Assembly (NCBI RefSeq): GCF_031254035.1
Contig: NZ_JAIRVF010000123.1
Length of the DNA: 24,000 bases
Source: Paenibacillus sp.
Lineage (GTDB): Bacteria > Bacillota > Bacilli > Paenibacillales > Paenibacillaceae
Reading direction: 5' to 3' (one strand)
Every line of letters starts with the position of its first letter. Position 1 is the stretch's first letter. The notes beneath the pieces are model-generated. The model had not been told where the DNA came from, did no database searches, and saw only the letters and a program-made list of their open reading frames with translations. Shown here piece by piece: positions 17,399 to 24,000 of this stretch. A program made the translations under genes and the position numbers.

Positions 17399-17971
17399 GT
17401 GGATACACTTAGAGAGATGTTTTTAATGCAGCAAACGTACGCCACCCTTTTTTCCTTGACCAACAAACTTCAAATCCACGGCGATCAATACCTTGGGCGC
17501 TTAACCGCAAGGCAGTTTATGGCCATGACGGCCATTGGGCATTTGCCTGAAGATGAAACCACGCTCAACAATATCGCGAGAAAACTGGGTACCAGCAAAC
17601 AAAGCGCAAAACAGCTGATCACCATTATCGAAAAAAAAGGTTATGTCATTACCGTCCCGAGTCCGCAGGATAAACGCGCGGTGAACGTGAAAATCACGGA
17701 TGCCGGAAAAGAAGTTTTGCTGGAGTCTGCCAAGAAAGGTCTGTTCTTTTTAGAAGAGTTGTTCAAACATTTTACGCCTGATGAAATGGAAACCCTGTGG
17801 AGCCTACTAAAGAAACTATATCAATATGATGGCGAAGAGCAGGATGGTTTTGAAGAGGAGAGCAGAGTTGAAATGGGTGAAGGTTACAGTGAAACGCAAA
17901 CGAGAGTACTAAATGAATTTGAAGCCAAAAGACGATCGCGGCAAAAGGAGCGGGCAAACGATGAAAAATAA
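17399..17971 (+). CDS. MarR-family transcriptional regulator
   Basis: GTG start with SD AAAGGAG (17384-17390). wHTH segment RLTARQFMAMTAIGHLPEDETTLNNIARKLGTSKQSAKQLITIIEKKGYVITVPSPQDKRAVNVKITDAGKEVL. Confidence 0.88.
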   Translation: MDTLREMFLMQQTYATLFSLTNKLQIHGDQYLGRLTARQFMAMTAIGHLPEDETTLNNIARKLGTSKQSAKQLITIIEKKGYVITVPSPQDKRAVNVKITDAGKEVLLESAKKGLFFLEELFKHFTPDEMETLWSLLKKLYQYDGEEQDGFEEESRVEMGEGYSETQTRVLNEFEAKRRSRQKERANDEK

Positions 17972-18935
17972 ACCCTGGAAACCAATTTGGATCGAAGAAT
18001 ATATCCCTATCGGCGGCATCGAGCAATATCTGTTTCATTCGGGCACAAACTTAGACAATCCGGTCTTGCTGTATTTGCATGGCGGTCCTGGCAGCGTCGA
18101 ATGTTTATTTGCGCATCTTTTTCAGGATGAAATAGAGAAAATATTTACCATCGTGCATTGGGATCAGCGCGGCGCCGGAAAAACACTGATGAGAAATAAA
18201 GACAAATATCCGACCATTGATTTGATGCTGCAGGATTTATTTGAGGTGATCCAGTATTTGAAGCAAAAATACAATAAACAAAAAATCGTTTTGCTGGGTC
18301 GTTCCTGGGGAAGCGTGCTGGGGATGACATTCATCAAACGATACCCGGATGAGGTTGAATATTTTATCGGTGTGGCGCAGGTCATATCCTTGCTTGAAAA
18401 TGAGCGCGTTGGTTACAACAAACTGAAAGAACGCATTTTTCAGGCCGGCGACCAGAAATCATTGGATAAACTCGAGGCGATCGGCGAGTACCCAGGAGAA
18501 AAATTAATCATCGACAATCATTTTTTGAAAAAAAACAGCAAAATCCGCAAACTCCAAGGCAAATATAACCTGGCTGGCAAAATAGATCTGCCGATCATGT
18601 TTAAGGTGACCAAAAGCCCTATTTTTAAATGGTCTGACATGACGGCTCTTTGGAAGGGACTGAAAGCCAATCGCCACGTGCTGGAAACTTTTTTGGCTGA
18701 CTTCGATTTGTTTGCGGAACCGGCAGATTATCAAGTACCCGTTTACTTTGTTTTAGGGGATCAAGACTGGCAAGCACCGTATGTAATCGCTGAGGACTTT
18801 TTCGCCAAAATCCAGGCTCCGCGCAAACAATTGTTTTTGCTGCCAGGAGCCGGACATCGCATCATGCTTGACCAAACGGAGTTGTTTACAGATGCGTTAA
18901 CGACAATTCGGAACAGGGAAGAAAATATGGGGTAG
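17961..18935 (+). CDS. Alpha/beta hydrolase (proline-iminopeptidase-like), translationally overlapping marR
   Basis: MKNKPWKPIWIEEYIPIGGIEQYLFHSG; YLHGGPGS oxyanion motif; VHWDQRGAGKT; nucleophile elbow GRSWGS; C-terminal GAGH. Confidence 0.85.
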   Translation: MKNKPWKPIWIEEYIPIGGIEQYLFHSGTNLDNPVLLYLHGGPGSVECLFAHLFQDEIEKIFTIVHWDQRGAGKTLMRNKDKYPTIDLMLQDLFEVIQYLKQKYNKQKIVLLGRSWGSVLGMTFIKRYPDEVEYFIGVAQVISLLENERVGYNKLKERIFQAGDQKSLDKLEAIGEYPGEKLIIDNHFLKKNSKIRKLQGKYNLAGKIDLPIMFKVTKSPIFKWSDMTALWKGLKANRHVLETFLADFDLFAEPADYQVPVYFVLGDQDWQAPYVIAEDFFAKIQAPRKQLFLLPGAGHRIMLDQTELFTDALTTIRNREENMG

Positions 18936-18940
18936 AAATT

Positions 18941-19525
18941 CTAACCGCAAAATTCGCGAATGATTTCTGCCTTCATTTCTTCAATCGGAAATTGTTGCGG
19001 ATAGGTTGAAATCATGAGCATGATCCCCTGCAGCACGGATGAAAAGTATACTGACCGCTTTCTCGGCTCCTTGACTCCGAGTTTTTCGAACATCTCGCAT
19101 TGCAAATTAAACTGTCTCGCGCTTTCTTCAATCAGGAGCTTACTGTATTTCGCAAGGACTTCGTCCGATTCAGGCTGGGTCTGCAAATGAAGATAAAATC
19201 GGAAAACTTCCGGTTTTTGCCCCACGTTGTCAATCGCTCCTGCGACGATATACTTGAGCTGCTCGTCAGGTTTCACAATAGCGGATGCAGCATCCATCAC
19301 AAAAATCAATTCATCGATCCTGGTCTGAACCATTGTCGCGAGGAGTTCCTCTTTCCCTTTAAAGTAATTGTAAAGCAACCCTTTGGAGATGTTCGCATGT
19401 TTAGCAACGTCGTCAATCGATGTCGCATGATATCCCTTTTGCATGAACAGCTCCATAGCTGCATTCCTAATTTTATCTATGGCAATCTGCCGTATGCGTT
19501 CATTTTCCGCTTGCGTTCGCGGCAT
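18941..19525 (-). CDS. TetR/AcrR-family transcriptional regulator
   Basis: MPRTQAENERIRQIAIDKIRNAAMELFMQKGYHATSIDDVAKHANISKGLLYNYFKGKEELLATM. Confidence 0.92.
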   Translation of the reverse strand: MPRTQAENERIRQIAIDKIRNAAMELFMQKGYHATSIDDVAKHANISKGLLYNYFKGKEELLATMVQTRIDELIFVMDAASAIVKPDEQLKYIVAGAIDNVGQKPEVFRFYLHLQTQPESDEVLAKYSKLLIEESARQFNLQCEMFEKLGVKEPRKRSVYFSSVLQGIMLMISTYPQQFPIEEMKAEIIREFCG

Positions 19526-19529
19526 GACT

Positions 19530-20279
19530 TCATTCCTCCAAAAAATCGATGATATGACGATACAGCTCATCAGGATGAGTTAACGTAAGCATGTGATCCG
19601 CACCGGTCATTGTGACGTAACGAAGATCGGGGATTTTCCGAAGGCATTCGGCCGTACGCATGTTATCCGGTAATTCTTCCGTACCGAGGATTAACATGGT
19701 TTTCACCGACATGTCTTCCAGCCTTTCGATCGCAGGAGGATTGGGCCAGACTGATTCGAAAGTCGCCCATTCCTTCGTCTTTTTTAAATGATGCCGAAAC
19801 ATTTGAAGCATGAGTTCCCAATGCGGACTGGACTTTACAATGCGGTATGATGGAACGTCAAAGGAAAGCTCAATGACCTTTTCGATATCAGGAAAAGCAG
19901 CATTGATCTTCTGCATCCATTCTTCAAACTCATGGGATAGGGCGAAACCTGATAAAGACGGACCAATAAGTACGAGTTCCGACACCCTTTCCGGGTGTTC
20001 CAATGCGAAGTCGGTTGCAATTCTGCCGCCCATGGAATGTCCTACGAGATTAGCCTTTTCGATTTCCAAATGATCCAGCAGAGCAAGCACGTCGGCAACA
20101 TAGTTAGCCGGTTCAGCAGGCGAAGGCGATTTCCCGGCGCCACGTCCGTCAAAGGCAACTACTTTATAATGTTGTGCTAACAGTGGAGCGAGAAAAGTCC
20201 AGTCCCGTAAATCCGCACCGCCGCTATGAAGAAGAACGATAGGTTTTCCATTTCCTTGAACCTCGTAATACAAGTCCAT
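19530..20279 (-). CDS. Alpha/beta hydrolase
   Basis: MDLYYEVQGNGKPIVLLHSGGADLRDW, FDGRGAGKSPSP, NLVGHSMGGRIA, MTGADHML. Confidence 0.85.
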   Translation of the reverse strand: MDLYYEVQGNGKPIVLLHSGGADLRDWTFLAPLLAQHYKVVAFDGRGAGKSPSPAEPANYVADVLALLDHLEIEKANLVGHSMGGRIATDFALEHPERVSELVLIGPSLSGFALSHEFEEWMQKINAAFPDIEKVIELSFDVPSYRIVKSSPHWELMLQMFRHHLKKTKEWATFESVWPNPPAIERLEDMSVKTMLILGTEELPDNMRTAECLRKIPDLRYVTMTGADHMLTLTHPDELYRHIIDFLEE

Positions 20280-20315
20280 TTGGATTCCTCCCAGCAATGA
20301 ATGGTTTATAATTCC

Positions 20316-20344
20316 ATTTTATTAATGAATGAACGTTTGGTCAA
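20316..20344 (-). promoter_or_regulatory. Promoter of the hydrolase-tetR operon
   Basis: Minus-strand TTGACC (20339-20344), 17 nt, TAAAAT (20316-20321). Confidence 0.5.
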
Positions 20345-20422
20345 TATAAAATCAAAAAATAGTTCCTGCATTCCACTGCAGAAGCTATTTTTAAAGAGGG
20401 AAATATGTTTTCGGCTGATCCC

Positions 20423-21010
20423 TTATTTCAATACCTCACACACTTCCTCGCTGGTCCGGATTTTACCGATCTTCGGAAAAATATATTTGCATACATAATC
20501 ATGCTCTTCCTTCGTTGAAGCCGTCATCGCATCTTCCACAAAAACCTGATGGTATCCATGCTGATAAGCTTCCCTTGCCGTCGTATCCACACCAATAGAC
20601 GTCGAAATGCCACATAACACAATCGTGTCAATGCCGCGGCGGCGCAGCTGCAGGTCCAGGTCCGTACCGAAAAATGCTCCCCATTGCCGTTTCGTAACGA
20701 TATGCGCTTGCTGCGTATCGGCGAGTTCAGGCACAATAAGGTCCCAACTTTCCGGGAATTGTGGCTGACTCATCTTTATATCTGTTTCCGGTTTTAACAT
20801 ATCTTTTCCATCAACGGTTGAAACTCTCACGAAAACAACAAACGCGCCCTTTTCCGTAAAAGTGTCTACCAATTTGCTTGTGCTGCGCACAACTTCTTCT
20901 CCCGTATATGGTGCCCGCTGCCCGTGTACAATCCCATTTTGCAGGTCAATCACTACCAGCGCTGTTTTTTCCGCTTTTATTTCCATTCCTTTTGTCAAAT
21001 TAGATTCCAT
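20423..21010 (-). CDS. Isochorismatase-family (nicotinamidase-like) cysteine hydrolase
   Basis: [73 protein letters not shown]. Confidence 0.88.
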   Translation of the reverse strand: MESNLTKGMEIKAEKTALVVIDLQNGIVHGQRAPYTGEEVVRSTSKLVDTFTEKGAFVVFVRVSTVDGKDMLKPETDIKMSQPQFPESWDLIVPELADTQQAHIVTKRQWGAFFGTDLDLQLRRRGIDTIVLCGISTSIGVDTTAREAYQHGYHQVFVEDAMTASTKEEHDYVCKYIFPKIGKIRTSEEVCEVLK

Positions 21011-21054
21011 CCTCTTCCCTCCCATTCATTGGTTTATTTTTCGCTGAGCGCCAT

Positions 21055-21200
21055 TTATTTGTTGTCCAATTTTTTATACACCGAGAAATAAACCCATACC
21101 GCGTTTGCGAGCAGCAAAGTGCCTGTAATGAAAAACACATATTGGATGTCAGTGAGCTTGTTTTTTACGTTAATCGGTCTTACTCCCAGATTTCCCCTTC
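21055..21200 (-). pseudogene. C-terminal remnant of a membrane transporter (possibly MFS)
   Basis: The minus frame reads GVRPINVKNKLTDIQYVFFITGTLLLANAVWVYFSVYKKLDNK*, one clean TM helix. An in-frame stop lies immediately upstream and there is no start codon. Confidence 0.4.
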
Positions 21201-21232
21201 AGAGCATTCCCATATTTAGGGCTCCAAGATCC

Positions 21233-23626
21233 TTACGTTACTTGCCTTACAAGTTCCCTGCTTTTTGTGAAGACAATCGCAACCGGAACGTCTGCCTCAA
21301 AATCGATCTCCAGCACCTTTCCGAGGTAACGTACCTTGTGTTTTCCGGCGAAGTCGGCTGTCACGAACGCTTGGGTTAGTATGCCATCTTGCCAGAATAC
21401 GTTCACTGTATAACCGCCACGGGCCCGCAGTCCCTTCACACTTCCCTCGCCCCACGATGCCGGGAGCGCCGGCAAAAGATGGAGATCCTGTTCGTGGCTT
21501 TGCAGCAGCATTTCCGCGATGCCAGCTGCAGAGCCAAAGTTGCCATCAATTTGGAACGGAGGATGCGCGCACATCAGATTCGGGTAAATTCCACCTTTAT
21601 GGTAGTCAAATCCCTCGCCTTCGACAATCGTAAGGAAATTGTTCAGCACATGGCTCGCCTGTTCTCCATCATGCAAACGCGCCCACATTGCTACTTTCCA
21701 ACCCATGCTCCAGCCCGTACCTTCGTTACCGCGAATCTCCAGGGAACGTCTGGCCGCTTTCATATACTCGGGTGTTCCCGCCATTGTCAGCTCGCTTCCT
21801 GGATACAATCCGTATAAATGAGAGAGGTGACGATGCTTCGGGTCGGCATCAGCAAAATCCTGATCCCACTCCACAATCTGCCCCCTCGCGCCGATTTGCA
21901 GCGGCGGCAGCTTGCCCAGCGCCTCGCGGCAGCCTTCGGCGAACACTTCATCCAGCTCTAGTTCTCCGCTTGCCTCGATCACGATCGCAAATAGATCCCG
22001 GCACAGGGTGATATCCATCGCAGTTGCCTGCGAGATAGAGCTATACCGGTCCGTCCCCGGCACAATGAAACTATTTTCAGGCGAGGTGGACGGGCTAGTA
22101 ATGAGATGTCCGGATTCATCCACGACGAGCCAATCGAGCATAAACCGGGCGGCTTCACGAATGAGCGGCCATACCCGCTGCTTGAGAAACTCGCGATCTT
22201 GGGTGAACAAATAATGTTCCCATAAATGTCGGCATAACCACGCCCCCGCCATCGGCCAGTATGCCCACTCGGCGTTCCCGCGCGGTCCGACATTGTTTGT
22301 GCGCCATATATCAGACATCGTATGAGCGGTCCATCCACTGCAGCCGTACTGAATACGAGCTGTTTCTGCTCCCGTGACGGCCTGCTGCTCAATCAGATTA
22401 AAAAGCGGTTCATGGCATTCAGGCAAATTGCATGTTTCGGCGAGCCAATAGTTCATCTGCAGGTTAATGTTAAAATGATAATCACTGTTCCAAGGCGGCT
22501 GCACCTTATCATTCCATATTCCCTGTAGATTAGCAGCTTGCGTGCCCGGTCTTGAGCTAGATATGAGCAAATACCGACCGTATTGGAATACCAAGCTAAG
22601 CATATCGGGATCTTTTGCACCATTCATCATGCGGCGCAGTCGCTCGTCAGTTGGCAGGTCCGCGCTGTCCGCGTCCTTCGGAGCACCTAATTGAAGCTCC
22701 ACGCGCCCAAACAGGGCCTGATAATCACGCTCATGCGCAGCCAGCAGCTCATCGTAACTTTTCTTCTCCGCTTGATCCATCACGCTGCGGCAAACCGCAA
22801 TCGGGTCGCGGCCGCTTTGTCCCGGAATTCGGTCAGAACCGTCAAAGCTGGTAGCGGATGTATACAGAAGCGTGATCCATGTTGCACCCGTGATGACGAT
22901 CCGCTCTTCCTCGGTATGAATATCGCCCCCTTCATGCAATACGCGAACGAGCGCAGCAAAGTACATTGGCCTGCCGGGTCTCTCTTCATCATAAACAACC
23001 GCAGGATCTTGCCCGTTGTTATGGTTGCTTACTCGGAGCGGACATTCCCCTTTCAGTAGTAACTCCCCACTAGGCGCAGCATGAACACCATGCTTCAGCT
23101 CCGAGCTGAGCGACACCGTGAGCTCTATGCCAGTCGGGTCTGTGCTTTCGCAGTGAACGACCATCACCTGATCGGCAGCGGATACAAATACGGTGCGGTG
23201 TTGCCGCTGCCCTCCCATACCGAATTCGGTCCGAGCCACCGCCGTATTCAAGTCAAGTGAACGGATATATTCCTTCTCATCCGGTTCTCCTGCGAATTCC
23301 AAAAACAAATCGCCAAGTGGCTGGTACGGCTGCACGCCATGTCCGGGCATCCCTAACATGCGGCTTTCGATTAGCTGCTGCGCCTCTACGTAGCGCCCTT
23401 CCACCAAAAGGCGGCGCGCTTCCGGCAATGAAGCGGCTGCCTCCGGATTGTCCTCCTTCACCGGATAACCAGCCCAAAGCGTATCCTCGTTCAACTGCAG
23501 CCGTTCGCGCTGTATCCCACCAAATACCATTGCGCCCATTCGACCATTGCCAATTGGGAGCGCTTCTTCCCATTTTTTCGCAGGCTGTTTGTACCAAAGC
23601 ATGTTCCGCTTCGTCAATTGCGCCAA
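21233..23626 (-). CDS. Glycoside hydrolase family 95-like alpha-L-fucosidase
   Basis: 797 aa. WYKQPAKKWEEALPIGNGRMGAMVFGGIQRERLQLNEDTLWAGYP, NLQGIWNDKVQPPWNSDYHFNINLQMNYWLAE, HRHLSHLYGLYPGSE, NLMCAHPPFQIDGNFGSAAGIAEMLLQS. No signal peptide. Confidence 0.93.
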   Translation of the reverse strand: MAQLTKRNMLWYKQPAKKWEEALPIGNGRMGAMVFGGIQRERLQLNEDTLWAGYPVKEDNPEAAASLPEARRLLVEGRYVEAQQLIESRMLGMPGHGVQPYQPLGDLFLEFAGEPDEKEYIRSLDLNTAVARTEFGMGGQRQHRTVFVSAADQVMVVHCESTDPTGIELTVSLSSELKHGVHAAPSGELLLKGECPLRVSNHNNGQDPAVVYDEERPGRPMYFAALVRVLHEGGDIHTEEERIVITGATWITLLYTSATSFDGSDRIPGQSGRDPIAVCRSVMDQAEKKSYDELLAAHERDYQALFGRVELQLGAPKDADSADLPTDERLRRMMNGAKDPDMLSLVFQYGRYLLISSSRPGTQAANLQGIWNDKVQPPWNSDYHFNINLQMNYWLAETCNLPECHEPLFNLIEQQAVTGAETARIQYGCSGWTAHTMSDIWRTNNVGPRGNAEWAYWPMAGAWLCRHLWEHYLFTQDREFLKQRVWPLIREAARFMLDWLVVDESGHLITSPSTSPENSFIVPGTDRYSSISQATAMDITLCRDLFAIVIEASGELELDEVFAEGCREALGKLPPLQIGARGQIVEWDQDFADADPKHRHLSHLYGLYPGSELTMAGTPEYMKAARRSLEIRGNEGTGWSMGWKVAMWARLHDGEQASHVLNNFLTIVEGEGFDYHKGGIYPNLMCAHPPFQIDGNFGSAAGIAEMLLQSHEQDLHLLPALPASWGEGSVKGLRARGGYTVNVFWQDGILTQAFVTADFAGKHKVRYLGKVLEIDFEADVPVAIVFTKSRELVRQVT

Positions 23627-23809
23627 CTCCCCATGATAACGTATTCATTCCATACCAAATATTTATTCATCAGCAACCTTCGTTCCATAAGTGCATTGTA
23701 TCACCAAGCCCGATTTCGGTCTCGTTAACCGCGGTTAAATTTCCCTAGGGAAAGGTCTCGCGAATTACTGCAGCTGTGTTGGAGAACTAATTTCAGTAGT
23801 AGGCATTAC

Positions 23810-23827
23810 TTGGCATGAAAATTGCTT
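23810..23827 (+). promoter_or_regulatory. -24/-12 (sigma-54/SigL-type) promoter candidate upstream of aspA
   Basis: TTGGCATGAAAATTGCTT: GG (23812-13) and GC (23824-25) separated by exactly 10 nt, matching TGGCAYN-N4-TTGCW. Confidence 0.6.
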
Positions 23828-23889
23828 ATTAAAAGGATTAAACCACGACTTGTACCGGACAGGTTCACAAATAAGGGGAGGCAAAACCT

Positions 23890-24000
23890 ATGATCAGAAT
23901 CGAGCACGATATTTTAGGGGCGCGCGTGCTGCCCGCCCATGCTTATTACGGTATTCAAACACTGCGGACAATCGAGAACTATCCACGTGCCGCCGCACCA
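23890..24000 (+). CDS. aspA: Aspartate ammonia-lyase, N-terminal part (runs off the window)
   Basis: [37 protein letters not shown]; SD AGGGGAGG. The aspartase/fumarase superfamily N-terminal motif is clear, but aspartase versus fumarase is not fully resolvable from 37 aa. Confidence 0.8.
   Translation, partial: MIRIEHDILGARVLPAHAYYGIQTLRTIENYPRAAAP

Noticed and set aside
23257-23748. 163-aa plus-strand ORF antisense to the GH95 N-terminus and 123-aa overlapping ORF on the minus strand
   Set aside because: High-GC shadow ORFs of the GH95 gene (LNEDTLWAGYP region clearly in the 21233-23626 frame).

Overview
The window is chromosomal DNA that looks like Paenibacillus or a related Firmicute (inference from gene families and Shine-Dalgarno style). 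Four parts stand out. (1) At the left edge is the 3' end of an IS3-family insertion sequence. It is followed by a compact locus of a 285-aa helical, RRNPP-like cytosolic protein (523-1380). That gene overlaps a small secreted precursor (1328-1639) whose whole mature region is 8 tandem copies of NHGAEY with 9-aa periodicity (LNHGAEYSA). The locus has a strong promoter and a strong terminator. I consider it the best candidate for an undescribed system: a multi-copy peptide pheromone with its receptor. (2) A complete minus-strand L-ascorbate (ula) PTS operon, ulaG-A-B-C-D-E-F, is followed by a PRD-type regulator and its own HPr and Enzyme I genes. It has a cre palindrome at its promoter and an unusual intercistronic hairpin. 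(3) Accessory genes include TetR plus a DUF3995 membrane protein sharing an operator, a truncated esterase, a Tet(M)/Otr(A)-like ribosomal protection GTPase with a structured leader, DJ-1/PfpI, MarR plus an alpha/beta hydrolase, TetR plus an alpha/beta hydrolase, an isochorismatase-family hydrolase and a transporter remnant. (4) A GH95 alpha-L-fucosidase is divergent from aspA (partial, right edge), which is preceded by a -24/-12 (sigma-54-like) promoter and two perfect 14-bp palindromes. All family assignments come from reading protein motifs; no database search was run.
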